Positions 50,352-64,000 of a DNA stretch of 64,000 nt are shown piece after piece. Within the stretch, counting starts at the first letter, position 1; every line of letters begins with the position of its first letter. The notes under the pieces are model-generated. The model was not told where the DNA came from and searched no databases. It saw only the letters and a list, made by a program, of their open reading frames with translations. This stretch comes from Chrysomallon squamiferum (taxonomy: Eukaryota > Animalia > Mollusca): assembly GCA_012295275.1 (NCBI GenBank), contig CM022667.1, positions 11,284,001-11,348,000 of the forward strand, given 5' to 3'. The position numbers were made by a program, and so were the translations under genes.

Positions 50352-51179
50352 TCAAATGGGTTTCTCACAAATAAAAGGACGCTTGCGTGAACAAGGATCA
50401 TCATACCACAAACCGTCTTCAGGATTGAAAATGACGCAGTGTCTATATTCATCATCTGAGATACCGGTTTGACTAAATTCCCATGCCGTAAAGGTAACAT
50501 TATTTCCATTTTCCCAAATAAACTGTCCTTCGTTTTGTATATCACTCAGTCCAATATAAAATATGTAGAAGTTGTCTGTGAATTGAAAAATAAAACTAAA
50601 GTAAATTTACATACGGTATAAACGTGTGCATGCGTTTCGTGCTTTATAGTGCAGTGCTTCTGATATATGTTACAGAAAATGTTTATAATGTGCAAATACG
50701 TGTGATTGATTCATTCAGAAAATGTGTGTACATACTGAACATTACAGATATTGTAAACGTTTCCTGAAATGTTTATTGTGAAAGTTAAACAGCAACTAAC
50801 ACAACGTGAAGTGAAGTGAAAACAATGAAAGTGCTAATCAGAGCGAGCTGTTGTGAAGCACGTCTACGACAGGCACGCTTTCTGACAGGTCAGCGGGCGA
50901 GTCCGTCGCAGAATCACTAACACAACTTCTACAGCTACAACAACAACAGAAATAGCCGAAACAACATTAACTAATGCTGCTACTACTAAAACAACCGATA
51001 CCACTACTGCAACAGCTATTAATGCCACTACAAAAACAAAGACAAGAAGAACAATTAAAACAACAAAAACTAATACCATTACTACTAGCAGAACAACAAA
51101 TAGTAATAGTAATTTAAAAAAATAAAAAAAAATAAATAAAAAATGCGCGACAACAATAACTTTAAGTAGTATCAACAGT

Positions 51180-51251
<72 letters not shown>

Positions 51252-51559
51252 CGAATATTTGTCTGTGTTTCACAATAATAAACATTAAGTAGAAAAATTT
51301 AAAACACTTAACTGTAACCATGTTTTCTCAGGTATTTATTGACTGCTAAATTCTTTTCTTCTGTGTCTAAAACAATCAACCTTAATCCTAAAGATCTGCA
51401 AAAATCACGTGCTTGATGCCAACGTCTCCGCACGTCGAAGATGCGGAGGCAAATTCCTACCTCTTTCAAATAAACAAATTCACGTACAACAGGGCAGGAA
51501 CCTAGAAACAATCGATACGAGATTTATTCATAAATAACAAGGAACAGAGGAAACGTTTA

Positions 51560-51618
<59 letters not shown>

Positions 51619-53026
51619 ACTTATAACCATAGTAAAGGCTACTACTACTACAACTACAACTACTACTACTTAAGCTATTCTTCCAGGCATTTTCGTTTCT
51701 ATTGTTATCTTTCTGCGGTGACAAAGAAAAATCGTTAAGTACTAGTAACTTCTGAAAGAGATGTATGAGTTGTTCATCTTCCATTTTCATGTACTGGGGA
51801 AATAGTAATCTTGCTGTCATTGGCAAACAGATTTTAGACGCTCGTATATCGCGACAAAAAAAAAAAAAAAAATAGAAACAGTTCCTATGGGTATTGTGGC
51901 CCGTGCTCGACTAGCTATAATGTACGAGTACAGTTAGGATCCTGTAACTGAAATCAATGGTTCCTAAAAAAAAAAAAAAAAACACTCGCTCGCCTCGCTT
52001 CCGTTGCACGTGTCCGCTTAGGATACAGCTTACAGATTGTTAGGTGTCAGTGGCACGGGTTTGTTGTGCATTTTGCAGATGTTTATGATTTCTGTTCCCG
52101 GACAATGAAATGCTTCAGGACGTGCACGAGACGTGACCTTCCACCAAGCTGATGGGGAGGAATGTAGTAAGCTGTGCCAGTTTCCAGTTTCCAAAATACT
52201 AAAACCTCCACTAAACTGAGCAGCGAGACTCATAGACAAATATCTTCTTCAAATATATGGACAATATTAACAGCACAGTAACTTCTCATAATGAAGCAGG
52301 AGGTGTCGAAAATGTTTTGTAAACCGGCACAACTTACTCACATATATAAAGGCATTTACTGCTAGAGATTATGTGAAAATAACTGGATACAGTAATATCT
52401 ACCTGAACTATTTATCATATGCTGTTTATAATGATTTCAGAATAATCTATACAGTAAGTACAATGGAAACTGTGACAAACATGTCTGCCTAAGATCCACT
52501 TTAGACAGCAATGTTCCACCTCCTCCCCTATTCATTCTAATCTGTGTTTCAGACAGGTAATATTCATGAGTATGATGACGATGTCGTTGGTTATTGTTAA
52601 TAATAAAGAATCAATAAATAAAGAAAGAAATTACTAAGATAAATGTTACCATGCAGTAAAGTACGTATGATTTGGAAAAATATTTAAATATTTAGAATAT
52701 TTTACTAATAACAGTTCTAAAGTATAAAACCTGCATCAACATAGAAATGTCGCCATCCTGGTGACGCTGAATCGTCTGACAACATCGCCATCCTCCTGTA
52801 ATGTAGACGACACATCCCATCGTTGTTGTAAGAAAACGACTGACAGTCGAAATAATTTCCACACCTTCTTCCACACTCTATGACAGAACTCATCTTAGAA
52901 AGAGAAGAGAAGATGTAACTTCTAATATCTACGTCGTCTGCCAAATGATTCCTTTTCCAAAGCAAAACTTTAGTGTTGCACCTGAAAGGAAACAGCAGTT
53001 CTGTCTGATTCTGAGCTGAATTTAAC

Positions 53027-53077
<51 letters not shown>

Positions 53078-53402
53078 CAGAAGAAGAAGAAGAAGAAAAA
53101 AATAAAACATAAAAATATAAAAATAAATAAATAAATACATTTCTAGCCAATAAAAATTGTTTCAAGACTCTTTGAATCGAGTATCAAAAATATGACACAA
53201 CTTTCATTTCACTCTGATAATAAGTATATTAAAATATAACAATATAAAACACAAATATGAATAAGAAGACAGACAGAAGGACATTAATGTTTTTTTAAAC
53301 AAACCAGTACGTGGTTTGAGTTTCCTGAAAAGCATGGCTGTTTGAGAGACACAACAGAGTCGATGAGATCCACAAACAGACAACGACTGTGAATTTCTGC
53401 AT
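50352..53402 (-). CDS. Gene H: secreted PAN/Apple + C-type lectin-like protein (~251 aa), non-canonical QTG/WYD motifs
   Basis: Exons 53311-53402 (MQKFTVVVCLWISSTLLCLSNSHAFQETQT), 52731-52981 (PAN: CGRRCGNYFDCQSFSYNNDGMCRLHY), 51313-51501 (SCPVVREF...WHQARDFCRSLGLRLIVLD) and 50352-50575 (FYIGLSDIQNEGQFIW...WEFSQTGISDDEYRHCV...WYDDPCSRKRPFICEKPI*). GT-AG, 756 nt open. Confidence 0.85.
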
Positions 53403-55473
53403 ATCTAATCACGTGACACCTGAACAGCTCGACGAATTTGAAAAACTGAATACTTTTCATATCGTCGTAGATTGATAAATCTGAAATGCCGGTAACTGAC
53501 AGAAAAAAAACGAGGACATAATGCAGAACATCAGAAAGAAAAAAGAATAATAGTAATAAATAAATAAATTAAAAAATCGCGATAAATTTTGTATTCATGC
53601 GTGAACTGGATCATTTTCTTTGTTGTTTAATTTTTTAATGTTCTCACTTTTTCGAATTATTTTCTTACTTCATTAACTTTCTTTTTGTTCCATTGACTTT
53701 TGAATGTGGTACATTGATATTATTACGATTCAGCTTTATAATTTTTATTGAAAAGTAATAATTAAAAAATGTATCAATACTAACACTGGAACATGCAGTG
53801 GCAGATGACATCAATGCGAAGACATCAATTATTAAATGGCCGTTGGTATTGTTTGCGATTTTGCTTTTTCAGCTGGAATAAAATGTATTTCGTAATTAAA
53901 ATCTGTACTGAAAGAAAAATAATTGATCTTTGAGATTTCTCCTTAGTGTCTTTACTAGAATCTGATCTGCTTCTGTTCTGATTTAACACGATTGATTTAG
54001 TACATTTTCACGGAAACATACGTCTGATAATCAAGACAATCCAGAATCAATTCGACAGGTAGTCAACACGGACTGAACGCGTATGTTGTTCATAGAAACT
54101 TTTCAACAACATACTTGGCATTCAATTCATGTAATGATTAATTAATAATACTTCTCTGATGACAACACTTTAACATTTCCAATCGACAATGACAATGTTA
54201 ATAACAATAATAGTAGTAGTTGCATTACTGTAGTAATGTAGACAATGTTAATAACAATAATAGTAGTAGTTGCATCGGTGACAACAAAAACAAGAACAAT
54301 ACAAAAACAACAACAATCAATCAATCAATCAATCAATCAATAGATAAATAAATAAAAATAAACATCGTAAAATACCTACGGTAATGCTCTGTTTTCAGAT
54401 ACATCGAATATAATTTAGATTTAATTTATTAATTAAAATACGTTTTTCTCAAGGGAAAATTTGTCGAGATGTAAAATGATAATGCAGTCATTTTTTATGA
54501 AGAATAAAACAACTGTACACACTAGTCGACATTGTTTTTGTTGGTCATCTTTCTCCATACTTGTTTTTATGTTTTTCTTCTTTTCACCTGATACCTTGTT
54601 AAACTGGTCACCTGCAAAATGAACGATACAGCAGATAAAACATGTGATTTATTTATTTATTTATTTATTTGTTTGTTTCTTGTTTTGTTTTTATTTGGTT
54701 TTTTTGTTTTTTATTTGTTTGTTTGTTTATTTATTTACTTATTTATTTATATTTATGTATTTGTTTGTCTGTCTAATATGCATCATCCATTATCCAATAC
54801 CATCATTACTGTTTTATTTTTTCTAATTATTTTTCCACTTCATTAGTTGATTTTTTTCTAACAACTGAAAAATGGATATGCACTGTCTGTTATTAAGGTT
54901 CTTACTGATTACTGTGATTGTTTGTTTGATGTAACACTTAATACGCTACTCAAACACTTGCACATATAAGGTAGATAATGAGAAGACATCAATTATTAAT
55001 TTGGTATTGATGTTGTTTCCGATTATGCTCTCTCAACCGAAATAGAATATATTTGGTAAACAGAAGTTCTATCTAAACATGTGGGTGTAGAATTTTTATA
55101 TTATTTTGATTTTGTTTTATTACTGTTATTGTTTGTCTGACGTATACGGGTAAAATGATGAATCGTGAAAAGTTATAAGGCAAATAGTATGAAGATATGA
55201 ATTATTAACTGGCTCTTCGTATTGTTTGTGACTACGATTTTTCAACTGGAATAAAATGTATTTGTTAAATGGAGAGATTTTCATTTATTTATTTTATTTA
55301 TTACTTTTTATTTTTCTTACTTTTGTTACTTCTTTCTTTCACTCAGGATTCCATGACGGCAATTAAGTGCCAGACAAAAACAAAAATGAATTAGAAGATA
55401 AAATTAAATACAGATATCGGGGATAGACTTTTATAATTATTATTATTGTTATCATTATAATTATTATTATTAC

Positions 55474-55555
<82 letters not shown>

Positions 55556-55557
55556 GA

Positions 55558-55628
<71 letters not shown>

Positions 55629-56086
55629 GCTTTTCCAAATGGAATTAAAATATAATAGCAAATTAATGTATGAGATAACTGAAAGATTTATTTGTACGAA
55701 AGCTAAGTACTTTTTATTTAATAGCCTGAAGGGATTTGCAATTAATTATCTGTTAGTTAATCTCAAACAATATACACCAATGCGAAGTAGACTGATATGG
55801 TTTATTTACGTTAAATGTATCAAAACAAGATAGCTGTCAGAATTATAAAATGTTTACATCTGTACCTTTTAAGATTTCGAGTGATAGAAGTTGAGAAAAA
55901 GATTCCAATTGTGATATCTGAACACAACAATGCTGAAAATGAATATCTATTATATCTACTTGAGTACTTCTGAAATTCCACCAACTTCAACCAGCAGTCC
56001 AATCAACCTTAGTAACATATACAAAAATACAACACCAGTAACAGAATTACAATTTACATACATACACACATCTATCTATCTATCTA

Positions 56087-56950
<864 letters not shown>

Positions 56951-57134
56951 TATATATATATATAAACAGAATTACAATGTACATACATATACACACTTAT
57001 CTATCTATCTATCTATCTATCTATTTATCTAAATATATATATATATATTCTAATAGTAACACAAAATGTATAATATTAATTATGGTAAACAAGTCATTAA
57101 CGAACATTGAGAAATGTGTGTCTGTGTGTGTGTG

Positions 57135-57220
<86 letters not shown>

Positions 57221-57242
57221 AATATGCTTTGTTTTTATTCAG

Positions 57243-57330
57243 ACAAATTGAGTACTATTGGTTTGATGAATAAGAAAAATGAAGGTGTGTTTGTCTGGGA
57301 AAATGGAAACAATTTTACTTTTGCAAACTG
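57243..57330 (+). pseudogene. Truncated orphan CTLD exon 4 (5' half), inverted
   Basis: cag|ACAAATTGAGTACT...: KLSTIGLMNKKNEGVFVWENGNNFTFAN, then breaks into microsatellite. Confidence 0.75.
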
Positions 57331-57382
57331 TGATTATGATGATGATGATGAATTCACTATTATTATTGGTAGTAGTAGTAGT

Positions 57383-57455
<73 letters not shown>

Positions 57456-58544
57456 ATAGTAGTAGTAAATTTAATGCTGTTATTATTTTAACATTATCTT
57501 GTATTACTAAGACAAAAACTACATTAAAACATGGCCATACATACACTAAAATTACAATTAACTCTGAACACTTTTAATAGTTGCAGAAAATAACAACCAA
57601 ACTAATTAAAACAACAAAACTTGAAACCCACAGAAAAAAAAAAAAAATAAACGAATGAATAAATAAATAAATAAAATAAAAAAAGAACTTGAAACAAAAT
57701 AAATTAAAATTGAAAAAAGTAAATAAACAAATATTTAAGTAAAAGCAAACAAATAAATACCAAAGGAAAAAAAAAGGATTAAAGTCTAATAGACATGAAA
57801 TCTACATAAATAAATACAAGAATACATACACGATTGCATGCACACACATACATACACGAATAAATACGTACATATATACATACATAAATATATACATGCA
57901 TACATACCATGTTAATTAATGTGCCAAAATGAATACGAATGATTAAATTCAGACATGAAAACATCCTCATTTTAATGAATCTGTATTTATTGTGATGAAT
58001 CGTGACATTACGGAGATCAATCATCAGTGAGACGATGATATTGATTATGTAAATCTAACAATACAATACTGATCGATTTTACCTTTTCTAGACTGTAGAA
58101 CGGACTACGGGTTAATTGGCTCCATTCGAAATGTTGAATTTTGTATTTGTTATCACAAATATATTCATTTTTCTTGCTTTCTTTTGATCACATCATTATT
58201 TATTAATCTAATCGAATCCACTTAGTTTAGAAAGATGTTTTGGAATAGCTTTTGTGCGTCTGCGTTCTGTCTGTTATATGAGGTTATACTTACAGGGATA
58301 ATTTGTCGAAAAAGGTTTGCAAAGATTATAAACTTATATCATAAACCTTTTCATTTGTTTTTAATCAGCAAAAGGTTATTCACCAATTATTTATATTCGC
58401 TAATGCTTTTAGTAACGTTTGTCTTTAGATACATTCATTCTTTGATGAAGCATTCGCCAGATTCAGAAACATTTATTTATTTATTTATTTACTTATTTAT
58501 TTAATATTATATACAATTTTGCTACCTTTCAAATAACTCACTTT

Positions 58545-58701
58545 TGTAACCTTGTTTTTAATCGAAAGTCTGAACAGTTTCGCTTGAATAAGAATTAAGA
58601 CTCTGACGATGTCACAATCATGGAAAACGTCATCATCTCTATAGATGACGTCACAATGGTATCTGAATGTACCGTGCGCTGTGTTAATAATGAAAAATGC
58701 C
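58545..58701 (+). pseudogene. Truncated orphan PAN exon 2 (E/F/G/I type), inverted
   Basis: KSEQFRLNKN*DSDDVTIMENVIISIDDVTMVSECTVRCVNNEKC; acceptor AG mutated and an internal stop. Confidence 0.8.
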
Positions 58702-59652
58702 TTGTTGAATATTCAACAATATTATTAATACTTATTTGTTTATTTCCGATTTTTCTTTTGATTCTATACTTTATTTTATTTATTTAACTTTTATTTATTA
58801 ATTTATTCCTACTTTAGGATTACTAATCCGGCATAAACAAAGATATAAAATAAAATAAAAAAACAAACACAGAAAACCAACAACAAGAGAAAAAAAAACG
58901 GACAGACAGACAAGCAACCATGCAGACAATAATAAAATAGATTACTAAAAACATTCCTGATTATAAAACGAACTGCAGGACAAAATAGTAATATTAATTT
59001 TATTATTTACCCTTCAGATTTAAGAAAGGTAGTAATTTATTAATCTCCATGATATAAACCGTTTTATGAAAGAAAAGAAGAACATACTAACATGATGCAA
59101 AAATAACGGTTGTAATGCAATATTAAATTTAACGATTATTTTCTGCTCTAAAAAATCCAGTTGGACGAGAGGTGAAGACAAGGAGACTAGGCAATATTAA
59201 CAAGAATGAGATTAATTGAAAACGTGCTTGCATCGTCATTACCTTGGATAAAGAATACTTTCAAAAAAAAAAAACCCTGTTTAATGAACATGATCAGTCC
59301 ATATGGCCTGAGATAGATAAGTACATAGACAGACAGATATATAAATAGTTAGACAGATAGATACAGATATAGATTGAAAGTGAGAGACAGATAGACAGAA
59401 AGAAAGACAGACATACAGATATGTGTATGGATAAGGGGAAAGAAAAGAAAACAATTGTGGGAGAGAAAGAAAGACAGAGACTGGTTAGCCAGAAAGACTG
59501 ATAGACTGATAGATAGCTAGACTGATATATAGATAGACAGATACTGAAAGAAATATATAAATAGCAAAACAGTTTTCTTGTTCACAACGAACACACACAA
59601 ATAAAAACAACCTGGAATATCAAGGAAAACTAGGTAAATCAATATGATGATA

Positions 59653-59694
<42 letters not shown>

Positions 59695-59916
59695 TCGTCA
59701 TCAGTATCATCATAACAGAGAAGAATTGAATGTTTCCTGCATTCTCTATCAAAGACACATATGTTAACATTTAATATATAATTATAACAACAACAACAAC
59801 AATAATAATAATAATAATAAGAATAATTATATTCATCATCAGTATCATCATAACAGAGAAGAATAGAATGTTTCCTGCATTCTCTATTAAACAAACACTG
59901 ATATTTTACAAACATC

Positions 59917-61485
59917 TTATAATCCCATTGGTTTTTCACAAATGTATTTAAGTTCCATTGTACACGGGTAATCGTTCCACCATCCATACTTAGATTCCAG
60001 CAAAACACAGTCCTCAATTCCTTCCCAATTGTTTGGCTCATCAGGAGACCAAACAGAGAAAGTGAGATTATTTCCATTTTCCCAGACAAACACACCTTCG
60101 TTTTCCTCATCCGTCAAACCAAGAAAAATGTCGATATATCCTGAATAAAAAGACGATATCGGTTAGAAAATATATGTGTTTGTTTTTACAAATGGGTACA
60201 ACAGAATATACAGGCGTCCATCCATCCTTCTTTTCATCTATCCATAAATACATACATACAATCAATCAGTCAATCAATCAATCCTTCAAGACAAAAAAGA
60301 ATATGAATATAATATGAAATAAAATAAAATAAAATAAAAATAAAATAGCAAATCATCAAAACTTTATGAAAAAAGCATCAACTATGATGTTTAATTAGAC
60401 AGACTGACAGATACACACACAAACGCACACACACTCACTCAAAACCTCATAAACATTGATATAGTATCAAAATATAAAAAATAAATAAATAAACGAAATA
60501 ATAAATATGGATATACTATAAGCGGACATGCTCTCTCCGATTAAATATGAGCCACTCTGTCTACCTGTATCACTAATGTCATCACTAATGGATCTCAGAT
60601 AATTGGTGACTGCTGAATTCTTCTCCTCTGTGTCCAAAACAATCAGTCGAGAACCATTGTTGTTGCAGTCCTCTCGAGCTTGCTTCCACTGTTTAGTTGC
60701 TGTGGACATTTTCAAACACAGACCAACATCTCGTAGTAGAAAGAAACCATCTTGAGTTGGACAGTCACCTACAACAAGAGTTAACGTGTTATAAAAATGA
60801 TCTTCAAGAACTGGTTTCTTTGTGTCAGTAATGTTTTCATTTTGAGTAAAATATGTGACTGACAATAATATATATATATATATAGAAAGATATAATGAAA
60901 TTAAGAAAATAAATACTATTCATATTCATTTACCTATAATAACTGAATAATAGCGAGTGCCTGTTGCAGTCAAAGATTTTGCTGTGTCGATCCAGTACTC
61001 TGAATAAAGCTTGCAGTTTCGGCGCTCACTACTGAACGAAACTGACAGACATTTTTCGTTATTCACACACTGCATAATACACTGAGATAGCACTGTGACG
61101 TCACCTACAGACACTATGACGTTTTCCGTCATTGTGACGTCGTCAAATACTGAATTCTGATTCCAACGAAACTGTTTAGGGTTGCGGCTAAAAACAAGGT
61201 TACAAAAATCAGTTAATAAAAGACATAAACATAAAATATCTAGAGTACATAAATGACAGACAGGTTAAATAGAGACATAAATATAAAGATAGGTAGACAG
61301 ATAGACAGATGGACAGATGGAGATTTTGATAGAAAGATAAACAGACAGATAAATAGAGAGTCTGATACACAGATAGAGGGAGTGAATAAAGCAAAAGGAA
61401 AACGTTATACGTATATATTAGTATGATACCTTATTGCTGCAGAGATAAAGCAAAAAACGAAAAACAGAATAGAATAATAATCCAT
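59917..61485 (-). CDS. Gene I: secreted PAN/Apple + C-type lectin protein (~245 aa), EPN/WND motifs
   Basis: Exons 61430-61485 (MDYYSILFFVFCFISAAI), 60934-61187 (PAN: CIMQCVNNEKCLSVSFSSERRNCKLYS), 60565-60768 (204 nt, includes a 12-nt duplication) and 59917-60140 (VWSPDEPNNWEGIEDCV...WWNDYPCTMELKYICEKPMGL*). GT-AG, 738 nt open; TATAAA at 61548-61543. Confidence 0.9.
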
Positions 61486-61671
61486 CGTCACAGAGATCGT
61501 TACTCGTAAATTCCACTGGTTTATAACAGATCCAGCGTTACCTTTATAAACTCTTTACTACAACGTATCCCAACATACATATATAAGAATCAAGTAAAGT
61601 AAAGAGCAAAGAAATTCATCAGTTCAATGACTCGAGGCATTGAATAGGTATACTGATTGTGTCTGGAGAAA

Positions 61672-61705
<34 letters not shown>

Positions 61706-62511
61706 CACAAACATAAACCTGAAGTATCTTTCTTCGTAAGCTGACTGGAGTTGTATTGATTAATAATCAATAAAGAAAAGGTTTAATAAAACAATACTTG
61801 GCTGTTTTTTTTTGTTGTTTTTTTGTCAACATGGTACTAATTAGTAATACTTGATAGTTTGTTTATGTTCGATGAATAGTTCAACTGATGCGTCACTGGG
61901 GTCATTGTGGTTAAAGTGATTAATAATTATAATAATTATACCAACAACAGAAAGCAACATAAACCGGTTTCTACGAAGTCAATAAACGTGTAGTCCGTTC
62001 CACATTTTGAATAGTAAAATCAATCAGTATTTTATTTGTAAGATTTATGCAATCAATATTCTCTTCTGAGTGATCTCCGTAAAGTTAAGAATCGTGACAA
62101 GAAATGTACGTTCATCCAAAACAAGAACAATTAAATCAATTAATGCTTTCATTGCGAAAATTTAAAGAACACTGTATGGGTGTGTGTATATGTGCGTATT
62201 TATTTAGGTGTGTGTGTGGGTGAGTTCGTGCCTATCCGTGTCCTTATGTTTTTTTGTATGTATGATTCTGTAATTTAGCTTTGCAGTATTTATTTTATTT
62301 ATTTGTTTATTTGTTACTATTTTGTTTTGTTTGTTTGTTGTTGTTTTTTTGTTTGTTTGTTTTCCAATTTAATTTATTTTGTTTCATATTTTTTTCTCTT
62401 TCTGGTTTTTTCTTTTTTCGTTCATCTTTTTTCGTTTCTTTATTTATTGGCTGGTTTATTGATTTTTATTTTTCCCCTTTATTTTGTTTTGTTTCGACTT
62501 GTCTCCGCTAT

Positions 62512-62546
<35 letters not shown>

Positions 62547-62930
62547 TTCTTGATTTTTATTTATTGATTCTTTATTATTATTATTATTATTAATATTAAT
62601 ATTATTTTATTTATTGATTTATTTATTTATGTTTTATTTATTTATTTATTTATTTATTATTATTTTTTTTTATAATTACTGTACTTAGTAACACTAAATT
62701 GATATTGATTCAGACAACGAAATGTTTGTGTTCAAATCTAGTATGACAATCATTTCAATTGTGACGGAACGTATGTTATTAAATTTTAATTCACAAAATC
62801 CGTAGAAACTGTTTGATCAAACTGTTATTTTTAATAAGTATTTTATATATAGATAGATAGATACATAGAAAGATAGATAGATAGATAGATATACATACAT
62901 ACATATATATATTACAAACACACACAGACA

Positions 62931-63635
<705 letters not shown>

Positions 63636-64000
63636 ATTTCTTTTAATTTGTTGATGGATTGATTGATTGATTGATTTGATTTGATTTGATTTGATTTGAT
63701 TTGATTTTATCTTATTTTATTTATTTTATTTTATTTTATTTATTACTTTACTTATTCATTAGTCTTTGAAAAGATGTCAATTTACTGTTCCTCTCGAAAA
63801 ACATAATTTTTTTATTTTTTTATTATTATTTTTTTTGTTTTTATTATTTATTTATTTTTATTTATTTTTTTTGTATCAGAAGAAAAACATTTTTTGAAAA
63901 TGTGTGCAATTATTCACCAGAATAAACTTAAATCAAACTAATGCTAAAAATCTTAGTCAAAATGATTCAAACCCATCACGAGTTACCTCCCTTGACTTCC

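Noticed and set aside
53190-53285. Hydrophobic ORF MSFCLSSYSYLCFILLYF as exon 1 of gene H
   Set aside because: No phase-2 donor; the exon at 53311-53402 has the right phase, a better signal peptide and a conserved ATG in the H' copy.

Overview
AT-rich, microsatellite-dense eukaryotic (intron-containing) genomic DNA. The perlucin-like C-type lectins and the repeat content suggest an invertebrate, plausibly a mollusc; this is inference. Almost all entries in the supplied ORF track are microsatellite artefacts. Manual splicing shows a tandem cluster of one 4-exon gene family encoding secreted ~240-250 aa proteins: signal peptide (exon 1), 4-Cys PAN/Apple-like domain (exon 2) and a C-type lectin domain (CTLD) split over exons 3-4, with conserved intron phases 2-1-1. 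I reconstruct 7 apparently intact genes (labelled B, C, D, F, G, H, I), one gene with a 1-nt lesion at a splice acceptor (E), one multiply disabled pseudogene (A), two truncated duplicates (H', D') and many orphan, often inverted, pseudo-exons. Near-identical paralogs differ almost only by amino-acid-changing substitutions, many of them around the EPN/WND sugar-binding motifs, and one exon looks mosaic. This pattern fits a rapidly diversifying birth-and-death lectin repertoire. Also present: one TSP1-domain exon of a neighbouring gene, a Tc1 transposase relic, pogo/Tigger-type MITEs, probable retroposon scraps, minisatellites and inverted repeats. All coordinates were derived by hand and no database searches were possible.
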